Of a stretch of DNA of 58,653 nt, positions 1 to 9,735 are shown one piece after another. Positions within the stretch are counted from its first letter, which is position 1; each line of letters starts with the position of its first letter. Origin of the DNA: Granulicella sp. (GTDB lineage: Bacteria > Acidobacteriota > Terriglobia > Terriglobales > Acidobacteriaceae); the NCBI GenBank assembly GCA_003162875.1, contig PLUT01000344.1, forward strand, positions 1 to 58,653. Reading direction: 5' to 3'. Position numbers and translations under genes: made by a program. Below the pieces are notes generated by a model. The model searched no databases, had not been told where the DNA came from, and worked only from the letters and a program-made list of their open reading frames with translations.

Positions 1-9
1 TCCGGTTAG

Positions 10-3000
10 CTAGAAGGTGACACGTCCGGAGAATTCCATCTGGCGCATGTCGCCCGCAGCGGTGGCATTGCCGAACGAAGTAACGTCTGTGGACGAGTTG
101 AAGTTAAAGCTGGTGTTGATCGAGTTAATGTTGGGATGATTGAAGACGTTGAACGCCTCGGCGCGGAGTTGGAAGCCTACGCGTTCAGTAACTGGGAAGG
201 TCTTGTTGACCGCGGTCGCGAAGACTACCTCCTTTGGCCCGCGCAGAACGCCCGGCTCCGAGTTGCCGAAGGTGCCCCAACCAGGAACCGCGAAAGAAGC
301 GTAGCTGTAAAGCGCTGACTGACCAATGGCCCTCTTGCCACTTCCAGAGTTTCGGATGAGCGGCGCGATCTGGTTTGGCCGGGTGGCGAGACCGGAGTAG
401 GAGGAGCTTAGGGTCACCGTATTGGCAAAGCCACTCTGCGCCGTGACCAGGCCAGACGTGCCCCAGTGCGAGAGAAGCTCTCGCTCAAGAAGGTTGCTCG
501 AGTGACGGAAGAAGGGCAGTTCGTAGACGTACGCCGCGGTGAAGACATTCGGGCGGTCATAGCTAGGACGTCCATAATCTCCTTTGGGATTGCGGGGATT
601 CTGGAATCCGATGTTGGAATCGAAGCCGTAGGCAACGCTTCCCGTGTTGGTCTGATCCTGATCGCCCAACGCCTTGGACCACGTGTAAGCGGCGTTGAGC
701 TGCAAGTCGGCAAGCCGATAGATGAAGCCGGTCTGCAGTGCATGATAGTTCGCCGTTCCAATGGAGACGCCGGAATTGATAGACGAATATCCGGGATACG
801 GACGGTAGTAGTTGACGTTGATCAGGGATGCATTTGGGTTATATCCAGGATTTGTCGGCACCGTGTTGTTGCTTCCGTTGATGCAAGGATCATAGAGCCA
901 CGCAGAGGAAGACGCGGGATTGGAATTATTAGGATTGGCTGCGCAGTTTGTTGAGTAAGTGCTGGTGCCGTTGAGGGCGAAGTTGCGGTCAACCGAATTC
1001 GAGAAGATGTGATCGGTCTTGTCGCCGGCGTAAGCGATGGTCCAGATGCCGTGAGGGACAATCTCATTCTCAAGCGTCAGGGACCAGTTCTGCAGCATTG
1101 CTGGACGGTAGGTGCTGTCCAGACCTGCGAGGGCCTGCAGGCCGGGAGCGCCGGCTGTGCCACCGGCGGGATTGCTGAACTGCGTGTTGGAGTACGACGG
1201 CGTCGAAACATACGGCGAGTTGCTAATGAGTCCCGAAACCTGGAACATGCCCACCTGCGTGTATCCAATGCCATACCCGCCGTGCACTGACATCGTGCCT
1301 TTATCGTTGAGCCTGTAGGCGAAGCCGACACGCGGACCGAAGAGACCCTTTTCGGGTGTCGTAAAGCCGCATGGCGTCCCGCTCTGGCAGGCCACAATGA
1401 CGCCATTGGTGAGGTAGTTCGCAAGGGCGCCGCCGGAGGTGAGCGGCTGGTTGGAGCTGTTGAAGACAAACCCGCCGCCGGGTGTAATCGCCGGCGCAAC
1501 CGCCGGGTTGAAGGTTGCAGCGTTGAAGTTGGAGATGGCGTTGCCTTGCATCGTCGATGGCGAGTAGAAGCTGTAGCGCACGCCGAGGTTCAGAGTGAGG
1601 CGCGGCATCACTTTGTAGTCATCCTGCGCATAGAGTTCGAACCAATGCTGGTTGAAGCTGCCGTAGCGCTGCACGTTCGACTGCGAGTAGGTGCTGAGGA
1701 AGCCGAGCAGGAAGTCGGCGGCAACGTCGTTGGTATGGGCCCCGCCAAAGGCGAAGTTGCCCTGCGCAAAAGCGCTGGAGTTGAGCCGAACGATGTTCCA
1801 CATGTAGAGCCCACCTACCTGGACGGCGTGCCTGCCATGCACCCAGGTGAAGTCATCGGAGAAGATGCCATCGCCGGTCTTTGAAAAGTTCGGTTGTGCG
1901 CCTACTCCCAGCCATGACCAACTGCCGATATTCACACCGGGAAGTCGGAGATCTCCGTTGCTAAAGGCTTGGTTGAACGTCCCTGCAGGTACAAAATAGT
2001 TCCCCGTCGGAAGCAACTGGACCTTCTGATAGGTGTAAGCGATGCTAGCGGTATTAATGATCGACGGCGTGATTGTATAGTTCCAGCGCACCAGGGCATT
2101 CAGCGCCGGGGTATAGGCAACGGCACCGGGGTCCGGGGAAGGGTCGTTGTAGTTTCGTGCCGGACGAATGTCATTGACTTCCTCATGCATGTAGCGGACG
2201 GTAACGAGGTTCTTCTGGTTTATGTTTTCGTCAATTCGATAAATGGTGTCGTTTTGACTGTCCTTCTCGGGATTCGTGTTGATGTAGTTCGCAAAGGAGG
2301 TGTTGTTGTTTTGGGGCACGTTGGGAAGCGGCAGGAAGTTGTTGGCAGGGTTGATAAAATACTTCGACGCCGAGTCAAAGCAGTTGGGGTTGACCTGGTT
2401 CGTGACCCCATTGGCGTCTTTCGATAAGCAGTTCGCTGCCGACAAGTTGCGCGCAGTAAGCAGGGTCTGGCAGTAGCTATCGCATTGCAGCCATTGGTCC
2501 GTGGGAAATGCGGCGGTGCACCCAGCCGCGAGAGCAGCCGCTGAAGGTGAAGTGCCGCAAGTCTGGCCAGAGACTTTATTGTTGGCGCTCTCGTCGCCAT
2601 TCCGGATAGCTTGGGTAAACTCCGACCGCGAGTTCAGCAGTGAAGCATAGTGGTCCGTCTTAAATTCCGCGCCGGCAAAGAAGAACGTTTTGGTTCGGGA
2701 GTCGTTATAGACCTTGGGAATAAAGATCGGGCCGCCGAAGGAGAAGCCGTAGATGTTGAGATGAAGGCTGGACTGGGTAACCGGGAGGCCGCTGACGGAG
2801 TACGGACGCGCAACGCCGAAGCCATTGTTGCGGACGTATTCAAAGCCGGAACCATGAAACGTGCTGGTGCCCGACTTGGTGTCAATCAGGATCTGGCCCG
2901 AACCGGCGTAGCCGTATTTAGCGGAGTACGAGTTGGTCAGGACACGCATCTCGTTGATGGCGTCCAGAGAAGGCGTGATGTTGACGTTGATCAGCGAGGT

Positions 3001-3633
3001 CGGCGTCATGTCGTACACGCCATCGATGGTGTAGGTCGTCTCTTCCGAGGAGGCTCCACCGACGATCAGCGAGGTCTGGCCAAGGTAGCCGGCGTTGACC
3101 TGCGAGTTGGCGCCGTTGGTGCTGGTGACGCCGGGCACGAGCGTCGCAAGCTGCTGGAAGTTGCGACCGTTGAGCATCAGGTTGGAGACCTCCTTGGCGG
3201 AGATGGTGCCCCCGCTTTCGGCAGATTCCGTTTGCACAGCGATGACGTCAGCCTGCACGGTCACCTTGGACTCCACGCTGCCAACCACGAGCTTGACGTC
3301 CTGACCGCGCCGCTGTCCTGGGTTCAGATGGATGTCCGTAACGGAGGCCTGCTTGAAGCCATCCTTTGAGACCACAACCGTGTAGTCGCCATCGAGCAGA
3401 TTCTCAACCGAGTAGGAGCCGGTACTGCTGCTGGTGGCAACCGAGAGCTGGTGCGTGGCCTGGTTCATGATGCTAATCTGGGCGCCTGGCACGGCGGCAC
3501 CGGTCGGGTCGTTTACGGTACCTGTTATTGCACCGGCAGTGGTGTTCTGCGCGTGAAGGCCAAGGCCCGCAGCCAGAAAGAGAACGAGTGCAACGCAGTG
3601 GAACAGGTTGCGACAAACGTGGCGATTCAACAT
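10..3633 (-). CDS. TonB-dependent receptor, Oar-like, with N-terminal carboxypeptidase-regulatory-like domain
   Basis: 1207 aa ORF with a signal peptide, GTVNDPTGAAVPGA (carboxypeptidase regulatory-like domain), LNGRNFQQLATLVPG plug motif, YAQDDYKV..LTLNLGVRY barrel motif, LRAEAFNVFNHPN and a C-terminal Phe. RBS GGAGG upstream. Confidence 0.93.
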   Translation of the reverse strand: MLNRHVCRNLFHCVALVLFLAAGLGLHAQNTTAGAITGTVNDPTGAAVPGAQISIMNQATHQLSVATSSSTGSYSVENLLDGDYTVVVSKDGFKQASVTDIHLNPGQRRGQDVKLVVGSVESKVTVQADVIAVQTESAESGGTISAKEVSNLMLNGRNFQQLATLVPGVTSTNGANSQVNAGYLGQTSLIVGGASSEETTYTIDGVYDMTPTSLINVNITPSLDAINEMRVLTNSYSAKYGYAGSGQILIDTKSGTSTFHGSGFEYVRNNGFGVARPYSVSGLPVTQSSLHLNIYGFSFGGPIFIPKVYNDSRTKTFFFAGAEFKTDHYASLLNSRSEFTQAIRNGDESANNKVSGQTCGTSPSAAALAAGCTAAFPTDQWLQCDSYCQTLLTARNLSAANCLSKDANGVTNQVNPNCFDSASKYFINPANNFLPLPNVPQNNNTSFANYINTNPEKDSQNDTIYRIDENINQKNLVTVRYMHEEVNDIRPARNYNDPSPDPGAVAYTPALNALVRWNYTITPSIINTASIAYTYQKVQLLPTGNYFVPAGTFNQAFSNGDLRLPGVNIGSWSWLGVGAQPNFSKTGDGIFSDDFTWVHGRHAVQVGGLYMWNIVRLNSSAFAQGNFAFGGAHTNDVAADFLLGFLSTYSQSNVQRYGSFNQHWFELYAQDDYKVMPRLTLNLGVRYSFYSPSTMQGNAISNFNAATFNPAVAPAITPGGGFVFNSSNQPLTSGGALANYLTNGVIVACQSGTPCGFTTPEKGLFGPRVGFAYRLNDKGTMSVHGGYGIGYTQVGMFQVSGLISNSPYVSTPSYSNTQFSNPAGGTAGAPGLQALAGLDSTYRPAMLQNWSLTLENEIVPHGIWTIAYAGDKTDHIFSNSVDRNFALNGTSTYSTNCAANPNNSNPASSSAWLYDPCINGSNNTVPTNPGYNPNASLINVNYYRPYPGYSSINSGVSIGTANYHALQTGFIYRLADLQLNAAYTWSKALGDQDQTNTGSVAYGFDSNIGFQNPRNPKGDYGRPSYDRPNVFTAAYVYELPFFRHSSNLLERELLSHWGTSGLVTAQSGFANTVTLSSSYSGLATRPNQIAPLIRNSGSGKRAIGQSALYSYASFAVPGWGTFGNSEPGVLRGPKEVVFATAVNKTFPVTERVGFQLRAEAFNVFNHPNINSINTSFNFNSSTDVTSFGNATAAGDMRQMEFSGRVTF

Positions 3634-3805
3634 GGTGTACCTCCGAAAAACAATGGAGTTCGAGTAAAAACTCGGGCCTTAATCTGGAAGAAGTCCTATT
3701 CGGAGGTCAACCTAAGGAGAGGACGAAACACTGTCAAGGCGGAACAGAAATAAACTGGGGGGATCGCGAATGAACGCCAAAATCAAGGGTTTTTGCAGAA
3801 ATCTG

Positions 3806-3820
3806 TTCCGCGACGTGGAA
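3806..3820. promoter_or_regulatory. Candidate operator TTCCG-CGACG-TGGAA upstream of the TonB receptor gene
   Basis: Matches the palindrome TTCCR-N5-YGGAA that recurs in other intergenic regions of this window. Confidence 0.65.
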
Positions 3821-3840
3821 TGGGATTTGCCTCGAAGCCG

Positions 3841-5478
3841 TCAGGGCCGGGCAGAAGCGGAACACTGTGTTGCGATGCGGAAGACATAAGCGATGTCTCC
3901 GGGCGGTGCAGTGGCGGCCAGAGTGAGATGAAGTCCGTCGGGTAGCTGACTGAATGAGACTGATGAAGGCGAGCCAAGGAGTTCCACCGCACAGACCGGC
4001 GCGGGGAGGTAGGGATTGGCGCGGAAAAGCGTGTGGATAGTCAGCGACCCGGAAGCAGGCCAGCCAAGCGCAGTAGCATACAGGATTCTGCCATCACGGG
4101 AAGTGGTAAAGCGAATGTCCTCAGGCGTGTAGGTCTGTATATCGGAGTTCTTCTCCGTCGAGTTTTTCGGCGCTTTGGTCGGACCTTCGCCGAAGACGGC
4201 AAACGGCCTGGAATCGAAGACCGCTTCCCCGTTCAACCGCAACCAGTCGCCCATCTGCAGGAGGACCCCGCGCGCTTCATCCGGAATAGTACCGTCGGAC
4301 TTGGGACCGACATTCAGCAGAAGATTGCCGTTCTTGGACACGGTGTCGAGTAGCTGGTGAATGAGCGACTTCGCGGTGCGATACTCGTCGTGTTCGACGT
4401 ACCCCCAGGAGTGAATCGATATCGAAGTATCAGTCTGCCAAGGGAGAAGGCGAAGTGTGTCTAGCTTGCCGCGCTCAATGTCGAGGGTGGCGGCGTTGGC
4501 GGGCATCGACTCTTCCTTGTAGGTGAGAACGGGCTGTTGATTCCGTTCCGCGGAACGGTCGTAGTAGTAGGCTGCGAATTGCTGCAGCGCGGGTTTGTAT
4601 GCGGGCTGGCCGATCCACCAGTCGAAGTAGAAGAAGTCGGGGTGGTACTTGTCGACAAGTTCAGTGGAGCGGGCTAGCCAGTTGTCGAGCCACGCCTGGT
4701 CGGGCGGCTGCCAGCGCTCGAGGTGAGAAGGGTCGGGTTCGCTTGTATCGTCCGCCTTGCCGTCGGGCCCAGGAAGGCTCATCGGAGCGGCAGGCCCGTA
4801 GAACTCAGCGGTCAGCGGAGTTTCGTCGCGGACGTCGGACGGGATCGCCCGACCCACGCCATACCACCACCAGTGTTCGGCGGTATGCGAAGAGACCCCG
4901 AAGCGCAGCCCACGTGCGCGGGCGGCAGCGGCGAGTTCACCGACGACATCGCGGTGTGGTCCCATCGCGGCAGCATTCCACGGGGTCATGCCGGAGTCAT
5001 ACATCGCGAACCCGTCGCAATGTTCGGCCACGGGAACAACGTAGCGCGCGCCGGCACGTGCGAAGAGATCGACCCATGTAGCAGGGTCGAAGCGTTCGGC
5101 ACGGAACATAGGGATGAAGTCCTTGTAGCCAAACGAAGTGAGCAGGCCATAGGTTGCGATCTGGTGCTCGTAGGCTTTGTTGCCGGGCAAATACATGTTG
5201 CGGGAGTACCACTCGTTGGCGAAGGCTGGAACCGAATACACACCCCAGTGGAGGAAGATGCCGAACTTCGCATCGCGGAACCAGTCCGGTGTCCGGTATT
5301 GGGCGAGCGAGTCCCATGAAGCGTGGAAAGGGACTTTCTTGTTGGCCGGGTTCGTTTCTGCGCGGACTCCTTCGACCTGCCTGGCAATGTTGGCGGCAGG
5401 GTTCTGAGACGGAGGTGTCTGCGCCAGCAAGGCCGGGCTGGTGGCAATTGCGACCGCGAAGAGAAAAAGAGATTTCAC
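3841..5478 (-). CDS. Alpha-L-fucosidase, GH29
   Basis: Motifs WFRDAKFGIFLHWGVYSVPA, VAEHCDGF, FYFDWW (nucleophile region) and VSKNGNLLLNVGP. Start taken at GTG 5478 (VKSLFLFAVAIA signal peptide) because the longer ORF-track start overlaps the upstream gene. Confidence 0.9.
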   Translation of the reverse strand: MKSLFLFAVAIATSPALLAQTPPSQNPAANIARQVEGVRAETNPANKKVPFHASWDSLAQYRTPDWFRDAKFGIFLHWGVYSVPAFANEWYSRNMYLPGNKAYEHQIATYGLLTSFGYKDFIPMFRAERFDPATWVDLFARAGARYVVPVAEHCDGFAMYDSGMTPWNAAAMGPHRDVVGELAAAARARGLRFGVSSHTAEHWWWYGVGRAIPSDVRDETPLTAEFYGPAAPMSLPGPDGKADDTSEPDPSHLERWQPPDQAWLDNWLARSTELVDKYHPDFFYFDWWIGQPAYKPALQQFAAYYYDRSAERNQQPVLTYKEESMPANAATLDIERGKLDTLRLLPWQTDTSISIHSWGYVEHDEYRTAKSLIHQLLDTVSKNGNLLLNVGPKSDGTIPDEARGVLLQMGDWLRLNGEAVFDSRPFAVFGEGPTKAPKNSTEKNSDIQTYTPEDIRFTTSRDGRILYATALGWPASGSLTIHTLFRANPYLPAPVCAVELLGSPSSVSFSQLPDGLHLTLAATAPPGDIAYVFRIATQCSASARP

Positions 5479-5524
5479 GGCGACACCATAGCAGAGACCG
5501 CAGACGTTTGACAGACGATAGTGG

Positions 5525-6655
5525 CTACCACGGGCGGGAGCGTGCGACCGCGATGCCGCGGACCTCGTCAGGGTACTTGCCAGCGACGGCGCAGTAGAAG
5601 TGATAAAGCGTGTCCTGATGGTAAATAACCGAAGACTTATGCGCGAAGGTCTCGTCAACGCTGCCCGGTGCACCGGTATCGATGAGAATCTCAGGAACCT
5701 TGGTGAAGTGAAGCGGGTCGTCGCCCAGCGCAAGCATCTCGCAGGCACGCCCTGGGCGCCGATATCCAAAGCCAAAATAGAACATCGCGTATCGGCTGCC
5801 ATTCTTCACAACATAAGGATTCGAAGCGAAACGGCTGTCGCGGCTATCGGGAGCGGGCGGGGTCTGATCGTGGACCGGGTTCGTGACCGGATAAGTCGCG
5901 GATCCGCGCACGCCGTTGCGCAAGATGGGATTCAGCGGCGAACGTCCCCAGTGTTTGAGATCGGTACGGGTGGCCACGCCGGTCTGCTCGTGCCAGCCGC
6001 CACCTTCCGGCTTCGGCAGCGGGTCGGTCTTGGCGTTGTAGTAGAGGTAATACGTCCCGCGATCCAGCAGCAGGTCAGGACGGTAGAGGCCGCCGTGCTC
6101 CCAGGATGCACCGTCCTCGGGATGCAGGATGGGTTCCGTCAGGGTCCAGTGGCGGAGATCGTGGGAGCGCGCGAGACCGATGACCGCGGCGCCCTCCTCA
6201 TATCCGGCGGAGGGGTACGCATTCCACGCCGCGAGATACTCGCCGTCGACCTTGAGAGCCTCGCCCGTCCCGTGCAGGTTCTTGTCACGCAGGATCGAAC
6301 TGATGGCGAGGTTGTACTTCGTGTAGGCGGAAGCCGCGTCACGAGGGCCGACGAGAGCCTCACGCTTCCAATGGAGGAGATCGTCGGAACCGGCGAGCCC
6401 GGTCTGGTAGCCGATTCCGTCGTAGCCGATGTACAGCATGTGGAAGCGCCCGTTGGCGCGAAAGACGATGGGATCGTCGACGCTGCGCTCGTCGAAGTCG
6501 CCTTTCTTGCCAGTGGCGCTGAGAACCAGTTTCGGGTATTTGTAAGGCGTTCGGTAAGGTGCGACCGGATCTACAGCTGCGTATGCGAGGGGTCCGGAAG
6601 CCGCTACAGCAGCGGCCTGGAGACCCCCCTCAAGAAACCGCCGCCGCGAAATCAT
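5525..6655 (-). CDS. Tat-exported five-bladed beta-propeller glycoside hydrolase (GH43/130/137-like, possibly beta-L-arabinofuranosidase)
   Basis: Twin-arginine signal MISRRRFL. Repeated blade motifs (VDDPIVFR..HMLY.G, TGLAGSDDLLHWKR, IGLARSHDLRHW, NPIL). The N-terminal TPYKY resembles GH137 as I recall it. Confidence 0.7.
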   Translation of the reverse strand: MISRRRFLEGGLQAAAVAASGPLAYAAVDPVAPYRTPYKYPKLVLSATGKKGDFDERSVDDPIVFRANGRFHMLYIGYDGIGYQTGLAGSDDLLHWKREALVGPRDAASAYTKYNLAISSILRDKNLHGTGEALKVDGEYLAAWNAYPSAGYEEGAAVIGLARSHDLRHWTLTEPILHPEDGASWEHGGLYRPDLLLDRGTYYLYYNAKTDPLPKPEGGGWHEQTGVATRTDLKHWGRSPLNPILRNGVRGSATYPVTNPVHDQTPPAPDSRDSRFASNPYVVKNGSRYAMFYFGFGYRRPGRACEMLALGDDPLHFTKVPEILIDTGAPGSVDETFAHKSSVIYHQDTLYHFYCAVAGKYPDEVRGIAVARSRPW

Positions 6656-8775
6656 TGCGTCTTCTCCGGCACGAGAACCGCAACGCCCTGCGGTGGAAGA
6701 GTGATTTCGGAGACCGGCGTAGCGTTCGAGGAGAGAAGATTGCGCATTGGCCGCTGGAGCGGTATCGAGACAGCCTCGGAGCCGTGATTAATGTAGATGG
6801 ATACAGAGCCGGATGGCCCGTAGCGGGTGCATTGTTCGATGGCATCCTGACCGGGGAACACTAGTTTTGGCACCTGCGGTGAGGAAAGCATCAGGAAGGT
6901 ATGGAGAAGCTTGGGGTCGGGAAGGGTGCCGAGGTAGGCAATGAGGCCCTTTCCTATCGCACGGGAGACAAAAGCGGGTTTGCCGTCGAGCCAACCACCG
7001 GGGTCGTCATAGATCGCGTTGATCTCCATTGCGGGCGAGTCGATAGAAAGTTGCTCAGCCCAAGTGTCGGCGGTACCAAGCACGCCAGGCGTGGTTACCG
7101 GAACAGTTGGATGATCGGGATTGGAGAGCTGAACTGGCTTCTCCAGCGCGTAATACTGCCCAACCTTCGCGCCAAGCGCCTCTGCCAGTGGTCCCGGCTG
7201 ACGCTGCGGGTTGAGCGAGTTGAACTCGTCTTTCATGCCGGAGCGCGGGCCGAGGATGAGTGTCCCGCCCTGGCGAACATAAGCAAGTAGCTTCGCGGCC
7301 AGCTCAGCGGAAATGACGTTGAGCGAAGGGGCAACAAGAAGCTTGTATCGCGCTAGATCGACCGAACTCGTCGGATCGATGATATCGACGGCCTGACCGT
7401 TCGCCGCGGCAATCTTCTCAAGCGGCTGATAGAACCGCAGCAGCACCTGCTCCTGGTCATAGTCCTTTGTAAACGGCTGGAAGTCGATGGCCCAGCGCGA
7501 ATCGTAGTCATGGAGAATGGCGATCTTCGCGTGCGGGCCGGTGCCGGCGAGCGCGTCACGTGTCAACTCCAGGTCCTTGCCAAGCTGCGCAATCTCGGAG
7601 TAGATCGGTAGCGGTTCTCCGTCGGGTCCGACGATGGCGCCGTGGTACTGCTCTTGCCCGTTGAGCGCGGAACGCCACTGCCAGTACAGCACCGCATCCG
7701 CGCCATGCCCAATCGTCTGCCACGCCAGCGCGCGGGTCTCGCCCGGCCATAATGCATTGTTCACGGGAGCCCAGTTCACGCTGCCCGGCTCGGTCTCCAT
7801 CACCCAGAAATTCTGGCGCTTCCAGCCGCGCACAAAGTCATTCAGCATCGCATTCCTCGTAACGTCCAGATGCCCCTGGCCAACGTAATCGTCCCAACTG
7901 GCGAGATCGAGGTCGGCCGTGATCGCGTAATGATCCCAGTTATCCGACCAGCCCAGGCCGCCGATGTTTGTCGTGATGAACTGCGTGGGAAGAATGAGCG
8001 GGCGCAGCACGTCGATCTGCGCGCGCTGGAAGCTGCGCCACGTGGCTGTGACAAAGTGTTTGTGGTCCAGCAGGAGGCCGGGGTTTTCGTTCGAGTTCTT
8101 CATCGGGATCTGCGACCACGACGTGTAGGTTTGCGACCAGTACGCGGTGGACCACTGATGGTTGAGGTTGTTGAGAGTCTTGTACTTGTCGCGCAGGAAT
8201 TGTTGGAACAGCGCCCGGGTAGAGGGGTCGAACGACTCATCGGAGTATTCGTTGCCGATCTGCCAGCCGATGACGTTGGGGTTTTGGCCAAAGCGGCGGG
8301 CGAGCTGCGCAACAATAAGTGCGCAGAGTTGGCGGTAGCGCGGGCTGGCGTAGTTGAACTGCCTGCGTTCACCATGCTGACGCCATTGCCCGTCGGCGTT
8401 CATGCCGAGAGTATCCGGATACTTTTCCGTTAGCCAGGCGGGCGGCGCGTCGGTGGGCGTACCGATGACGACGGCGATGTGGTGCTTCGCGGCGAGTGCT
8501 ATTGCGCGGTCCAGCCAGTCCAGTTCGAAGCGGCCTTCGCTCGGCTCCAGTGTCGACCATGCGAACTCGCCTACGCGGACGACGTTCATGTGGGCGTCCT
8601 GCATGAGTTGGAGATCGTGGTCCCACTGGGCCTCGGGCCACTGTTCGGGGTACCAAGCGGCACCTAACCGCACCATCGGAGATTGAGCAGAGGCTAATGC
8701 CGCGATCGAGAGCAGCAGAAGAAGAAGCGATAAGCGCGATGACAAGGCAGCCTTCAAGGTGACTCGAACATACAT
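6652..8775 (-). CDS. Beta-galactosidase, GH42 (family also includes alpha-L-arabinopyranosidases)
   Basis: Motifs GAAWYPEQW, VRVGEFAWS.LEP.EG, WQIGNEY (acid/base), FWVMETEPG (nucleophile) and GQEQYHG. Exact start uncertain (ATG 8775 or a slightly downstream TTG). Confidence 0.9.
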   Translation of the reverse strand: MYVRVTLKAALSSRLSLLLLLLSIAALASAQSPMVRLGAAWYPEQWPEAQWDHDLQLMQDAHMNVVRVGEFAWSTLEPSEGRFELDWLDRAIALAAKHHIAVVIGTPTDAPPAWLTEKYPDTLGMNADGQWRQHGERRQFNYASPRYRQLCALIVAQLARRFGQNPNVIGWQIGNEYSDESFDPSTRALFQQFLRDKYKTLNNLNHQWSTAYWSQTYTSWSQIPMKNSNENPGLLLDHKHFVTATWRSFQRAQIDVLRPLILPTQFITTNIGGLGWSDNWDHYAITADLDLASWDDYVGQGHLDVTRNAMLNDFVRGWKRQNFWVMETEPGSVNWAPVNNALWPGETRALAWQTIGHGADAVLYWQWRSALNGQEQYHGAIVGPDGEPLPIYSEIAQLGKDLELTRDALAGTGPHAKIAILHDYDSRWAIDFQPFTKDYDQEQVLLRFYQPLEKIAAANGQAVDIIDPTSSVDLARYKLLVAPSLNVISAELAAKLLAYVRQGGTLILGPRSGMKDEFNSLNPQRQPGPLAEALGAKVGQYYALEKPVQLSNPDHPTVPVTTPGVLGTADTWAEQLSIDSPAMEINAIYDDPGGWLDGKPAFVSRAIGKGLIAYLGTLPDPKLLHTFLMLSSPQVPKLVFPGQDAIEQCTRYGPSGSVSIYINHGSEAVSIPLQRPMRNLLSSNATPVSEITLPPQGVAVLVPEKTQ

Positions 8776-8855
8776 CGAACGAGGCAGTGAAGGCCAGCAG
8801 AGAGGGCAATCCAAGCAGCGCTTCGCCCTGAAGACCTGCGAACGTGGTGGGCGAG

Positions 8856-8870
8856 TTCCGCAATGCGGTT
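8856..8870. promoter_or_regulatory. Degenerate candidate operator TTCCG-CAATG-CGGTT in the divergent GH42/racemase promoter
   Basis: Left half perfect and right half 3/5. Its first 10 nt are identical to the reverse complement of the 46060-46074 site. Confidence 0.5.
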
Positions 8871-9018
8871 CCACATTCCTAGAAAACCTGTTTCATCCGA
8901 GGAGACAGAAATTGCGAGATATCTTTGCTTTACTATGCGCCGCGCTCCGAGTAGAACGGGAGAAGTCGATGGCATCGCCGGATCTATCCGGTATGCCATA
9001 CGTGGAGAACGAACCGAC

Positions 9019-9735
9019 GTGACACGAACACTAGCACTGATTCATACGAGCCCTACGCTGACTCCTCTTTTCAGCGCGCTGTGCGCTGAATCCATACCCG
9101 AGACAACCATCTTCCACATGGTGGACGAGAGCCTCATTAAAGACACAATACGTGAGGGACGTCTGCGGCGCGTGACCATACGGCGGCTGCTCGCCATGAT
9201 CGAGTCTGCCGAAATGGCCGGGGTAGACGCGGTGCTGGTGACGTGTTCCTCGATCGGCGCGGGCGTGGCGCTTGCGCAGAAACTCTTTGATATCCCCGTA
9301 ATTCGAGTGGACGAAGCCATGGCCGAAGCTGCCGTTAGAATGGGCTGCCGGATCGGGGTGATGGCGACCCTGACGACAACCCTGGAACCGACGATCGCGT
9401 TGTTGCAAGAGAAGGCAAGCGAGGCCGGAATCGAGATTGAAGTTGTGGAATCGCTTTGCGATGGCGCGTTCGACGCGGTCCTGGCCGGGGACGCAACAAC
9501 TCATGATCGCATTTTGAGTCACGCATTGAAACATGAGATGAAGGGCGTGGACGTGGTGGTTCTCGCCCAGGCTTCCATGGCCGGAGTGGTGAAGACGATG
9601 CCCCGTGGCACGTTGACGATGCCGGTGCTCAGCAGCCCCGAACTGGCTGTGCTGCAGGCGCGCGACGTGTTGGCAAGACTGGACGGCGGGACGCCCGAAC
9701 TGGTGGGATCGAACGGCCAGAAGGCGCGCTCTTGA
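9019..9735 (+). CDS. Asp/Glu/hydantoin racemase-family protein
   Basis: GTG start after GGAGA RBS. Motifs LALIHTS, VLVTCSSIG, RVDEAMA, RIGVMAT.TTLEPT and VVLAQASMA. Confidence 0.8.
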   Translation: MTRTLALIHTSPTLTPLFSALCAESIPETTIFHMVDESLIKDTIREGRLRRVTIRRLLAMIESAEMAGVDAVLVTCSSIGAGVALAQKLFDIPVIRVDEAMAEAAVRMGCRIGVMATLTTTLEPTIALLQEKASEAGIEIEVVESLCDGAFDAVLAGDATTHDRILSHALKHEMKGVDVVVLAQASMAGVVKTMPRGTLTMPVLSSPELAVLQARDVLARLDGGTPELVGSNGQKARS

